A stretch of DNA of 64,000 bases from Dendrobates tinctorius (taxonomy: Eukaryota): positions 3,038,001 through 3,102,000 of the forward strand of contig NW_027361787.1 of the NCBI RefSeq assembly GCF_039654945.1. Direction: 5' to 3'. This document shows positions 1-12,111 of this stretch, in pieces. The notes below the pieces were generated by a model. It made no database searches. It had not been told where the DNA came from and saw only the letters and a list, made by a program, of their open reading frames with translations. Within the stretch, counting starts at the first letter, position 1, and every line of letters starts with the position of its first letter. The translations under genes were made by a program, and so were the position numbers.

Positions 1-517
1 ACAACACCTTGGAAGGAATCCTTGGAATGCAGAAGCTGAGATACTGGATACCATATATGGAAGTGAAGCTGAAATGGACCTATCATAGACTGACACTGGC
101 TACTCAGGAGATTGTGTGACACCCATTTCCTGTCTCTTTGTCTTGAGAATAAACTTCAGTTGTGTGCAAGCCTTTGCTGAGAAAGGAGTAGACATCTAAC
201 TCTGTGCTCAGTGTGACTCTAAGCGCTCACTTGGCCTATATTGGGTCAGGTGCAAGCAATCATATAGATCTCGCTTTAAGGGATCACCCTCACACTAATC
301 CCAGGAGGTAGGTGGATCCTCCAGGTCGTAAGTTCTATAGAAAAGGGCTTTCACTGCCCAAAGTCATTTGAACAGTTTTGGGTGGAGGAGAATGTTGTGG
401 TCTAGAGGCAAAATGGTGATTATGGTAATACGGCCGGACTACACCACCGATAAAGCAGCCACAGCCGGTGACTGAGAGGAATCTGTGACTTCTCTGCATT
501 CAGTGGTTACTACTCAC

Positions 518-1652
518 CTGGGTGGTCATATGTGGGAATCTCCTCTTTACACCACTCAATACCCCTCACATATGTCTCTGTAGTATTAATATGGGTCAGA
601 TCTTCACCCTGAAACAAATATTGTAAAAGTCACCGACAGATGGAGAAGTCCCATCTATGATCAGCTCTAATCCTACCATCTCCACCGCTCTCATTACACA
701 AGTATAAAACAGATAATACTGGTGGATAAAACAAGACTGAGCACAAGACCTTCACAGCCGTCTACACATCATAGGGGAGAGCTCCTGACACCTTCTCTCC
801 ATCTACCTGATGATCCTGAGGAGCACTGGGATCTTCTTGTTTACAGTCCTGTGGAAGAAGAGGACGGGGATATCTCTCTGGTGTTGTCCTCTTACTGGAT
901 AGATCTGGAGGAAACACATACAGGGACTGAATTCATTCTCTACATACAGATAATTATAGGCCGTGTGTATTTAGTCCTGTCTATTACCTGGAGATGTGAG
1001 GGGCTGGGGAACCTCCATTATGACGTTCTTGTACAGATCTCTGTGTCCTTCTAAATACTCCCACTCCTCCATGGAGAAATAGACAGCGACATCCTGACAC
1101 CTTATAGGAACCTGACACATACAATGATACCGTCATCCCCCGATCCCTTCATAGTGTTACTGTATAATGTCCCAGCATTCCCAGCAGTGTCACCTCTCCA
1201 GTCAGCAGCTCAATCATCTTGTAGATGAGTTCTAGGATCTTCTGGTCATTGATGTCCTCATGGATCAGGGGGTGAGGTGGAGGCCCCGTGATTGGGCTCA
1301 GGGGTCTTCCCCATCCCTCAGACACAGGGTCCTGACAGCGATCACTAGAGGTCTTCTTCACCACTGTGTAATCCTGGTTATGGAGAGACACATTAATAAA
1401 TCTCACTCCAGACATTTCCAGAGTCCTCACCTCTCCAGTTCTGTCCATCTGTTATTCCCATAGATAAGAATGATGTAATGTGACGTCATCAGAATCTCTC
1501 ACCTCTCCAGTGAGACGGAAGAGGATCTCTAGGGTGAGGTGTAACATCCTCTCCGCCATCTTGTCTCTGTCCATATCCATCCTTGATGGGTAAATCAGGA
1601 AAATTCTCTTCTGTAGAAGATCTTCACTGAGAGGATCCGATATTGTAGAGAC
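518..1652 (-). CDS. KRAB-ZNF N-terminal exon cassette A (exons 1652-1503, 1373-1194, 1111-988 KRAB-A, 904-807, 608-518); finger exon lies beyond the window start
   Basis: All exons have AG/GT boundaries, compatible phases and no stops. Translation [26 protein letters not shown] / DYTVVKK...LLTGE / [33 protein letters not shown] (KRAB-A-like) / [10 protein letters not shown]...QDHQ / GEDLTHINT...YDHP. Nearly identical to the + strand gene at 31280-32414. Confidence 0.9.
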
Positions 1653-1984
1653 CTGAATGAAAAGAAGAAGATCCGATGTAACATCATAAGAATCCTGTGT
1701 AATAATACAATGACAGCATGCAATTTGCAGAGTCGGGAGATATGACTCTGCCAAACAGATATATATACATACACACACATATATACAGAATATATCTATA
1801 TATATAATTTCACCATCAAAGAAAGTAAGGACTGCAGCACTCACTGATCCATATTGAAAGTCCGTAGTTTATTTGTAGCAAAAGTTTAAAACTTCATGGC
1901 CGGGAGGCGGAAGAAAGGAGTGAGTAAACTCTAACGACGGCCTAACAGCGCTTCCACGGGTCAGCTATATATAACATATATATA

Positions 1985-3082
1985 TCTATTTATATAATCG
2001 TCTAACTCTGTCTGTCTGTAACGGAAATCCCGCGTCGCTGATTGGTCGTGGCCGGCAGGCCGCGACCAATCAGCGACAGGCGCAGTGCGCAGGCGCAGTC
2101 CGGAATTTGAAGGACACACGCCACCGCTACCGTCGGGAGATCAGCGGCGCTAGGAGTCGGGAGACTCCTCCGGACCTTGGGTACCATAAACCTGTAAAAA
2201 TAGAATTAAAATAAAAAATAGTGATATACTCACCCTCCGACGGCCCCCGGAGCTCTCCCGCCTCTAACCACGCAGCCGGCATCTTCCGTTCCCAGTAATG
2301 ATTTGCGTGAAAGACCGCTGATGACGTCGCAATCTCGCAAGCATCGCGCTCTCGAGAGTGACGTCATCTCCGGTAATTCGCGCTAAGCATAACTGGGAAC
2401 GGAAGATGCCGGGAGCGTGGAGAGGAAAGAAAGAGTCCGGGGACCGTCTGAAGGTGAGAATAACCTTTTTTTAATTTTTTTAGTCTTTTTTACATGCTAT
2501 CTTTTACTATTGATGCTGCATAGGCATCATCAATAGTAAAAATCCACACTTGCGGACAAAAAAGAATATTACTCCTTATCCAAAATGAAGCGAACCACAA
2601 TTATATTAAAAACATGTAACTTTATTAAACAAAACAGAGATAATTGTCTGCTGTTTTTTTCCCCTTTTGGGGTAGGTTATCAGGAAACAATGAATATGTA
2701 GCCAATTTTAAATGTCTTTATTTTGTTTAATAAAGTTACATGTTTGTAATATAATTGTGGTTCGCTTCATTTTGGATAAGAAGGAGTAATATTCTTTTTT
2801 GCCCGCAAGTGTGGATTCATGTGTTGAAGTGCCTATTTAAATACTTGCAAAAAATTGTGGTTTCAATCAATAGTAAAAAGTTGATCACAATTGTCAAAAA
2901 CACTATGCTTCACAAGTGTGACCAACCTGTCAATCACATTCCAAGCGATGCTTCAAATCGTTTGGTATGCGCTTGAATTCCGCGCGTGAATAACGAGTGA
3001 AAAATGTTTTCTGCGGCAAAACGCATACGAATTTGGCCATATTCAAGAATACCCGATGCGTTATAATTGGGCCACCATCTAG
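1985..3082 (+). mobile_element. Non-autonomous Helitron-like element, copy 1
   Basis: 5' TC start (tctatttatataatcgtctaa); 3' hairpin cccgat...attggg followed by CTAG|T at 3079-3083; the same termini recur at 4701-5209. Confidence 0.7.
2543..2865. mobile_element. Short Penelope-type insertion with inverted 5' arm
   Basis: About 90-bp inverted arms (about 2543-2634 and 2721-2816); 14-bp direct repeat atcaatagtaaaaa at 2529-2542 and 2866-2879 (TSD). Confidence 0.65.
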
Positions 3083-3092
3083 TGTACATATA

Positions 3093-4698
3093 CAGTGGGG
3101 AAAAAAAGTATTTAGTCAGTCAGCAATAGTGCAAGTTCCACCACTTAAAAAGATGAGAGGCGTCTGTAATTTACATCATAGGTAGACCTCAACTATGGGA
3201 GACAAACTGAGAAAAAAAAATCCAGAAAATCACATTGTCTGTTTTTTTTTTCATTTTATTTGCATATTATGGTGGAAAATAAGTATTTGGTCAGAAACAA
3301 AATTTCATCTCAATACTTTGTGATATATCCTTTGTTGGCAATGACAGAGGTCAAACGTTTTCTGTAAGTCTTCACAAGGTTGCCACACACTGTTGTTGGT
3401 ATGTTGGCCCATTCCTCCATGCAGATCTCCTCTAGAGCAGTGAGGTTTTTGGCTTTTCGCTTGGCAACACGGACTTTCAACTCCCTCCAAAGGTTTTCTA
3501 TAGGGTTGAGATCTGGAGACTGGCTAGGCCACTCCAGGACCTTGAAATGCTTCTTACGAAGCCACTCCTTCGTTGCCCTGGCGGTGTGCTTTGGATCATT
3601 GTCATGTTGAAAGACCCAGCCATGTTTCATCTTCAATGCCCTTGCTGATGGAAGGAGGTTTGCACTCAAAATCTCACGATACATGGCCCCATTCATTCTT
3701 TCATGTACCCAGATCAGTCGTCCTGGCCCCTTTGCAGAGAAACAGCCCCAAAGCATGATGTTTCCACCACCATGCTTTACAGTAGGTATGGTGCTTGATG
3801 GATGCAACTCAGTATTCTTTTTCCTCCAAACACGACAAGTTGTGTTTCTACCAAACAGTTCCAGTTTGGTTTCATCAGACCATAGGACATTCTCCCAAAA
3901 CTCCTCTGGATCATCCAAATGCTCTCTAGCAAACTTCAGACGGACCCAGACATGTACAGGCTTAAGCAGTGGGACACATCTGGCACTGCAGGATCTGAGT
4001 CCATGGTGGCGTAGTGTGTTACTTATGGTAGGCCTTGTTACATTGGTCCCAGCTCTCTGCAGTTCATTCACTAGGTCCCCCCGCGTGGTTCTGGGATTTT
4101 TGCTCACCGTTCTTGTGATCATTCTGACCCCACGGGGTGGGATTTTGCGTGGAGCACCAGATCGAGGGAGATTATCAGTGGTCTTGTATGTCTTCCATTT
4201 TCTAGTTATTGCTCCCACAGTTGATTTCTTCACTCCAAGCTGGTTGGCTATTGCAGATTCAGTCTTCCCAGCCTGGTGCAGGGCTACAATTTTGTTTCTG
4301 GTGTCCTTTGACAGCTCTTTGGTCTTCACCATAGTGGAGTTTGGAGTCAGACTCTTTGAGGGTATGCACAGGTGTCTTTTTATACTGATAACAAGTTTAA
4401 ACAGGTGCCACTACTACAGGTAATGAGTGGAGGAAAGAGGAGACTCTTAAAGAAGAAGTTACAGGTCTGTGAGAGCCAGAAATCTTGATTGCTTGTTTCT
4501 GACCAAATACTTATTTTCCACCATAATATGCAAATAAAATGAAAATAAACAGACAATGTGATTTTCTGGATTTTTTTTTCTCAGTTTGTCTCCCATAGTT
4601 GAGGTCTACCTATGATGTAAATTACAGACGCCTCTCATCTTTTTAGGTGGTGGAACTTGCACTATTGCTGACTGACTAAATACTTTTTTTCCCCACTG
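3093..4698 (-). mobile_element. Full-length Tc1 DNA transposon (long IR/DR-type TIRs)
   Basis: TA-flanked TIRs of about 205 bp beginning cagtggggaaaaaaagtatttagtcag; contains a complete transposase ORF. Confidence 0.95.
3310..4332 (-). CDS. Tc1 transposase, 340 aa, DD34E
   Basis: Paired-like N-terminus, [20 protein letters not shown] and [11 protein letters not shown]; 34 residues between the second D and the E. Confidence 0.95.
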   Translation of the reverse strand: MVKTKELSKDTRNKIVALHQAGKTESAIANQLGVKKSTVGAITRKWKTYKTTDNLPRSGAPRKIPPRGVRMITRTVSKNPRTTRGDLVNELQRAGTNVTRPTISNTLRHHGLRSCSARCVPLLKPVHVWVRLKFAREHLDDPEEFWENVLWSDETKLELFGRNTTCRVWRKKNTELHPSSTIPTVKHGGGNIMLWGCFSAKGPGRLIWVHERMNGAMYREILSANLLPSARALKMKHGWVFQHDNDPKHTARATKEWLRKKHFKVLEWPSQSPDLNPIENLWRELKVRVAKRKAKNLTALEEICMEEWANIPTTVCGNLVKTYRKRLTSVIANKGYITKY

Positions 4699-4700
4699 TA

Positions 4701-5209
4701 TATAATCGTCTAATTCTGTAACGGAAATCCCGCGTCGCTGATTGGTCGCGCCCGGGGACAACACTGAAGGTGGAGGAAAATGGCGCCCGCAGCAGTCCTC
4801 CACAGGAACTTCACCAACGATGTGCCCTGCCTTAACTTGAGCAGAGGAGGGCGAAAAAACCCCGGTCAGCAAGGGGCAAGCCTAAGGCAGGACGCAGATG
4901 CTGTTCAGAAGGAAATCTCCACACCGCCCGAACACCGGGTAGCGGTGATGTCACCACAAAGGAGGAAGATGGCGCGTGCAGCAGGCAGAGAGGGAACCTT
5001 TACCAGCGGTGTGCCCAGGGAAAACAAGGTCAGATGAGGGTCCAGCTCCCCAGGTCTGCAAGGGGCAATCCCAAAGTCGATTCCAGAAGCCTTTCCAAAG
5101 CAATTTTCTACACCGCCCGAACATTCATTGCATTATTCTTAAATCTTCATAAATAAACTACATACATATTCTAGAATACCCGATGCGTTAGAATCGGGCC
5201 ACCATCTAG
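4701..5209 (+). mobile_element. Helitron-like copy 2 (its 5' tip is split by the Tc1)
   Basis: Same 5' sequence (tataatcgtctaa...gtaacggaaatcccgcgtcgctgattggtcg) and 3' cccgatgcgttagaatcgggccaccatctag|t as copy 1, but a different interior. Confidence 0.7.
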
Positions 5210-6014
5210 TGTCATTTAGACTCTGTTCATATGTTCAGGTTTTAAATACATTAGATAGGGACTGCTTCAATAAGGGTTACCTTGACGAGGTGGAGCAGCT
5301 TGGGATACATTTTTTTGCAAAAAAAGTATTGACTAAATACCCTGTATTTGTTGTCATCTTTTTATCAGCACTTGCTGACTACTGTTATATGTCTTACTGC
5401 AAGGTATTTCTGCACATTTGTCATTCTGTGCTTTCTGTTTGTGTTTCACCATCTAGTATAGGATAATTATATATACACACACATTATAGCAGAGTCATAT
5501 CTCTCGACTCCGCAGATGGCATGCTGTTGTTGTAGGCCCAGACCAGATGGTATGGAGATGAATGAGGGAGACCAAAGTTAAAAAATAGACTTTCCTTCAC
5601 TTAATAAGAACTTGATGAGAAGTATATACATCAGATGGCAGGCACAACACTTTTGCTGATTTAATAGCAGAATATAGCCGAACATGCACAGCACAAAAGC
5701 CGGAGTTTCCCAAGCTGTATGGCAGTGTGGTAAACACTGGTGTAGTGCTTCTGATTGGCGGTAAAATCATCCCCGCCGGTCACAGAGCCGTGGTTCCCAC
5801 ACTGTCAGAACACAGCATGACCACCCAGCTGTGATTGGAGGTAAAAAGTTTATCTCCGGTCACTGGTGTCAGCTCTAATACTGCCATCTCCACCGCTCTC
5901 ATTACACAAGTATAAAACATATAATACTGGTGGATAAAACAAGACTGAGCACAAGACCTTCACAGCCATCTACACATCATAGGGGAGATCTCCTGACACC
6001 TTCTCTCCATCTAC

Positions 6015-9000
6015 CTGATGATCCTGAGGAGCACTGGGATCTTCTTGTTTACAGTCCTGTGGAAGAAGAGGACGGGGACATCTCTCTGGTGTTGTCCTCT
6101 TACTGGATAGATCTGGAGGAAACACACACAGGGACTGAATTCATTCTCTACATACAGATAATTATAGGCCGTGTGTATTTAGTCCTGTCTATTACCTGGT
6201 GATGTGAGGGGCTGGGGAACCTCCATTATGACGTTCTTGTACAGATCTCTGTGTCCTTCTAAATACTCCCACTCCTCCATGGAGAAATAGACAGCGACAT
6301 CCTGACACCTTATAGGAACCTGACACATACAATGATACCGTCATCCCCTGATCCCTTCATAGTGTTACTGTATGATGTCGGTCTGTCATTCCAAGGATGT
6401 CATTCTAAGGATATCATCTGAAATATGCCTGAAAATGACTCCCTGCTATAGATGCTTCATTATTATTATTGCTATGCTTCACTATTACTATCACTCTGAC
6501 AATCGATCTGCTTCATCCACAGGTATGTGTTCTGGCTGCAATACCATCATCACCCATCTTTCCTGACCCCCAATCACCCCTGTATCTGTCTGCTATCAAT
6601 GGTATGTATCCCGGCTGCAATACCATCATCACCCAGCTTTCCTGAACCCCAATCACCCCTGTATCTGTCTGCTATCACTGGTATATATTATGGCTGCAAT
6701 ACTATCTCCCTTTGCATTTCCTCTTGTGACTTTAATTAATCATCCTGTGTCTGCATCCAGTCTCCCTGCTGCTCCTCCCTTTCTGATCACACCTGGGCCC
6801 TTTCATGTGCTGTTAAGTTAGTATAAATTCAGACTAAGAGATCTGTCTGACCACGGTCCGTCATTGCAAGGATGTCTTCTAAGGATAACATCTGAAATGA
6901 GCCTGAAGTGACCAGAAGGTACGACTAACCGCTGCATTTACATGTACTAAATTTCTTTTGCCTTCTAAATTACTCTCACCATGCTGACATACGCTCTAAC
7001 AGTTTTGGCTCCACTACTCCTCCCTCGCCTTCGCTATCCGCAAACCCCAGTGCCCGCTAACCAAATAATAATCTCTCCTTCCCTTTTGCCTCCCCACCTG
7101 ACCTCCACTGCTGACCTGCTCCTCCACCTCAGAGCTCTCCTAATAAAATACAAAACAAGCCACCCACCCTCCTTCTCCCACACGCTCTCCCTCTCTCTGC
7201 TTCTCCTCACTGCTGGCGACATATCTCTCAACCCTGGACCCACACAGCCCATACCTCCCATTGTTGCCCCCTTCTATCATTCCCAAACCAACACAAACAC
7301 CAGAAATCTTTCCCACCTCAAATCCATGCCCTTGACACCCACCACCCTGCTCCCACTCTTTGGCTCACTCTGGCGTGCCAGCTCCGTCTGCAATAAACTC
7401 CATGTGATTCATGACCTCTTTACCTCTCGTAATTTTTCCTTCCTTGGCCTCATCGAAACATGGCTGACACCCTCCGACACTGCCTCCCCTGCTGTGCTAG
7501 GTTACGGCGGCCTCCACTTCACCTACACTCCTCGCCCTGGCAACAGACATGGCGGAGGAGTGGGCCTTCTCCTTTCTTCCAATTGCACCTTCAACCCAAT
7601 CCAACCTCTACCCTCCCTTATCCTCCCCTCTTTTGAAGTCCACTCTGTCCGCATCTACTCTCCCTCCAACCTCCAAGTGGCCGTCCTATACCGACCTCCA
7701 GGTCCGACCACTGCCTTCATTGACCAATTCTCCACCTGGTTCCTTCACTTTCTCTCTGCTGACATTCCCACCATGATCATGGGTGATTTGACGAATCAAT
7801 AGACAACCCTGGCACAATAACACCACTAAAAAGCTTCGGTAAGCATTCAGAATTGCAGAACGGCGCTGGAAGAAAACGCATTCGCAAGACGACTTCACTG
7901 CACTCAAACAAGCAACACTTGCATTCAAATCTGCCCTCACCTCTGCTAAACAGGCCTACTTTACATCCCTTGTATCTTCCTTATCCCACAACCCCAAACA
8001 GTTGTTCAGTACTTTTAACTCTCTCCTCCACCCACCACTTCCCCCTCCAACCTCTCTCATCTCTGCCGAGGACTTTGCGCACACTTCAAAAACAAGATGG
8101 CCCAAACACGGCATGTCTTTATTGCTCAACCACCACAACCCCTTTACACACCAGACCAAAGCCCAAACCCCATAACCTCCCTATGTAACATCACTGAAGG
8201 GGAGCTTGCTCATCTCTCCAAATTACACCTCACCACTTGTGCACTTGATCCTATGCCATCCCACCTCCTCCACAACCTCGCCACCACTCTTATTCCATCC
8301 CTAAACCACCTCTTCAACCTATCATTTACTTCTGGTACCTTCCCTTCTGCTTTCAAACATGCCACAATCACGCCTATCCTTAAAAAGCCAACCCTCGACC
8401 TAACAGCCACGTCCAGCTATCGCCCAATATCGCTGCTCCCATTCGCTTCTAAACTCCTGGAGCAGCACACCCACGCTGAACTTTCCTTCCACCTCTCATC
8501 TAACTTGCTCTTTGACAATCTACAATCTGGTTTCCGCCCCCATCATTCCACTGAGACAGCCCTGACCAAAATTACCAATGACCTGCTTACAGCCAAATCT
8601 ACGGGACAACACTCTATACTCCTCCTAACACAATTGACCTCTGCCTCCTATTAAACATCCTCTCTCCTCCTTCGGCATCAAAGATCTCGCCCTATCCTGG
8701 ATTTCCTCATACCTTTCCAACCGCACATTCAGCGTCTCCCACTCCCACACTACCTCCTCATCCCACCCTCTCTCTGTTGGAGTCCCCCAAGGCTCTGTTC
8801 TAGGACCCCTACTCTTCTCAATCTATACACTTGGCCAGGGGCAACTCATAAAGTCCCACGGATTCCAGTACCACCTTTATGCCGATGATACTCAGATCTA
8901 CCTCTCTGGCCCAGACGTCACTTCTCTGCTCTCCAGTATCCCAGAGTGTCTATCAGCCATATCCTCCTTCTTCACCTCTCGCTTACTCAAACTCAATGTA

Positions 9001-10452
9001 GACAAATCTGAACTCATCATCTTTCCCCCATCTCACAGATCTTCCTTACCCGACCTTTCTATAACAATTGACATCATGCTTTCCCCCCTACCGAAGGTCC
9101 GCTGCCTGGGAGTAACCCTTGACTCTGCCGTGTCCTTTAAACCGCACATTCAAGCTCTCTCCACCTCCTGCCGCCTCCAGCTCAACAATATTTCCAGAAT
9201 CCGTCCCTTCCTCAACCCTCATTCTACTAAAATGCTTGTACATGCCCTCATCTTCTCCCACCTCGACTATTGCAACATCCTTTTCTGTGGCCTCCCTGCT
9301 AACATCCTTGCACCTCTCCAGTCCATCCTCAACTCTGCCGCCTGATTAATTCATCTCTCTCCTTGCTACTCCTCCGCTTCTCCCCTCTGCAAATCTCTTC
9401 ACTGGCTCCCATTCCCTCAGTGTATCCAATTTAAATTACTAATACTGACCTACAAGGCCATCTATAACCTGTCTCCCCCATGTGTCTCTGAACTAATCTC
9501 CCCATACCTTCCCTCATGTAATTTCTGGTCCTCCCAAGACCTCCTTCTCTCCTCCACACTTATTCGCTCCTCACCCAACCGCCTCCAAGACTTCTCCCGA
9601 AGTGCCCCTATTCTCTGGAATTCTTTGCCCCAACACGTCCGGCTATCAACCACACTCGGATCCTTCAGACGGAACCTGAAAACCCACCTCTTCAAAAAAG
9701 CCTACAGCCTGCAATGACTCCATTACCTCCTCACCACTACCGGAGATATCACCTCAACCAACACCGGAACTGCTGCAACCCCCCCAACCTACTGTCTCCT
9801 TCCCCACCATCCTGTAGCATGTAAGCCCGAAAGGGCAGGGTCCTTTCTACCCTCTGTATCAGTCTGTCATTGTTAGTTTGTTTACTGTCAATGATATCTG
9901 TAACTCTATGTAACCCCTTCTCATGTACAGCACCATGGAACCAATGGTGCTTTATAAATAAATAGTAATAATGTCCCAGCAGTCCCAGCAGTGTCACCTC
10001 TCCAGTTAGCAGCTCAATCATCTTGTAGATGAGTTCTAGGATCTTCTGGTCATTGATGTCCTCATGGATCAGGGGGTGAGGTGGAGGCCCCGTGATTGGG
10101 CTCAGGGGTCTTCCCCATCCCTCAGACACAGGGTCCTGACAGCGATCACTAGAGGTCTTCTTCACCACTGTGTAATCCTGGTTATGGAGAGACACATTAA
10201 TAAATCTAACTACAGACATTTCCAGAGTCCTCACCTCTCCAGTTCTGTCCGTTATTCCCATAGATAAGAATGATGTAATGTGACATCATCAGAATCTCTC
10301 ACCTCTCCAGTGAGACGGAAGAGGATCTCTAGGGCGAGGTGTAACATCCTCTCCGCCATCTTGTCTCTGTCTATATCCATCCTTGATGGGTAAATCAGGA
10401 AAATTCTCTTCTGTGGAAGATCTTCACTGAGAGGATCCGATACTGTAGAGAC
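6015..10452 (-). CDS. KRAB-ZNF N-terminal exon cassette B (exons 10452-10303, 10177-9998, 6319-6196 KRAB-A, 6112-6015); no fifth exon
   Basis: Open exons with canonical splice sites, near-identical to cassette A; ATG at 10380. Similarity to A stops at about 5868, before exon 5. An L2 is inserted in intron 2. Confidence 0.85.
6380..9967 (+). mobile_element. L2-clade LINE, internally deleted and frameshifted
   Basis: APE endonuclease ([25 protein letters not shown]; 6981-7790) and RT ([34 protein letters not shown]); 3' tail tttataaataaatagtaat; imperfect TSD atgatgtc/ataatgtc at the point where the paralogous intron is uninterrupted. Confidence 0.9.
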
Positions 10453-11491
10453 CTGAATGAGAAGAAGATGATCCGATGTAACATCATAAGAATCCTGTGT
10501 AATAATACAATTACTGGAGATAATAAGGGAAACATATGAGGAGATTTATTATCTTACAGGGTTTAGTTTTCTTCCCTGACATCTACTAATAAAACCTATA
10601 TATTTAGGCCACAGACAACAAGCAGTTTCCTCCTCGGAGTCGGCAGCTGAACACGTTCTTCATAGACTCATCTTCCATAACGCTAATTCTCGTCTCATTA
10701 CCGACACTGGAATCGGCATTAACAATACTGCAGGAGATATTCATTACACGCGACATGAGAAATAACTCCTTCATGATGAGGACGACATCTTCATCATCTA
10801 CTGCGGCTCTAGAGACAGATGTGGCCAGAGTCGGTCACTGCCTCCATCCCCACCGGCCGTCTATATGAAGGTTTCCCGTCTTCCCCGCACTGTAATCTTC
10901 TATCACGTTAGATCTCAGCTCTGAGTCACACACAGAAGTTTGAGGCTTTTAGAAAGATTTTTTGTTTCCACAAACACAACGGACAGAAATGATCTGATCC
11001 CAAAGTCTCCATGTACAGTGATTTATGGGGATTATTTCTGGCCTTAGGCTTTCCTATATTACAAGAAAAACTCCAGAAAAAGCCGATATTAAAATGTTTC
11101 TAAAGAAAATTGGCTCCAACAATTCTTGTAAGAAGAAAAAAATAAGAAAAAAGCAGAAGACACATTTTATAATTTTTAACATGTTGAACATTTATTAAAA
11201 AGAAATGAATCTTTTTGATCCCCAGAACATAGATATACACAGCAGGGACGGCACAGATGAGGCTGCAACAAAATCCCTGACAGTTTAACCACTTGCTGCT
11301 GTGAAAAGCAAACATGATATCTAAGAAGGTGTGACAGAGTTTGGCTGAATGCCCCCCGCCCCCAAGTACTCGATAGTATGGGGCGGCTTAGTTACTGCGA
11401 TACTTACATGCCTAATAATGGTGTCTGGGCTGCAATATATGAAGGTCTATTAGGCCGGGCCAGAGGCAGCATCCAATAAGTTACCTTATAA

Positions 11492-11768
11492 CGCCCCATA
11501 CACATTAAAGTTCCATTAAAGCACTGATTTCGGGGGGGGTTTGGCCGACCATATAATGTATTTGGGGGCCTCCCGACAGATGATGTCAGGGCAGAGAAGG
11601 ATCTGACATCCTGAATTTCAGAGGATAATCCGTTAGAGGAGTCTGGAGGCGACTCTCTCATACAGACCACAGGAAAGCTGGAATATTTGTGTGTATGGGG
11701 GAGTCGGGAGAGATCGCCGTCTGCCAAATGACCGTTCAGCCAACTCTGATCTCATGTGTATGGGGCCG
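11492..11768. mobile_element. MITE, probably PIF/Harbinger type
   Basis: TIR gccccatacacat / atgtgtatggggc with TAA/TTA-like flanks. Confidence 0.6.
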
Positions 11769-12111
11769 TTAGTATTACACTGACAGGCAGTGATGATACA
11801 CGGCACTACAGTAGTACAGGGCATCACCGGAGCCATCAGATGCTTGTATGTTGTATGATCGCACTGATCAGAGGGGTTTAAAAAAGGTTTAAAGTGGAAA
11901 AAAATTACAGTTTCAGCAACAATAAATATCCATCACTATATGGAAAGCAGAGTCACTGCACAATGTTAGTTACGTCACGTCCATAACTACTTTATTATAC
12001 TCTATTATCCTGTACACGGTGGAGTAGATAGAAATCACAGATCCCACAGCAATAGCTGGAATTGGCCCCTCCAACGCAAAGAAAAAAGAACAATCTATCT
12101 CTACCTATGTA

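Larger units (their letters stand above)
1713..5527. mobile_element. Inverted-repeat-bounded element (about 39-bp IRs) hosting Helitron-like units and a Tc1
   Basis: acagcatgcaatttgcagagtcgggagatatgactctgc (1713-1751) is the near reverse complement of 5489-5527; TA-rich sequence lies just inside both ends. Confidence 0.55.

Noticed and set aside
1-294. Possible LTR 3' portion (aataaa at about 148, ends ...ctcaca)
   Set aside because: Cut by the window edge; no partner LTR or TSD to confirm it.
722-1054. ORFs [10 protein letters not shown]... (also 5930-6202 and 31878-32210) and [10 protein letters not shown]...
   Set aside because: Antisense or intron read-through shadows of the KRAB exons; they recur only because the locus is duplicated.
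3683-4423. 246-aa + strand ORF
   Set aside because: Antisense to the Tc1 transposase.
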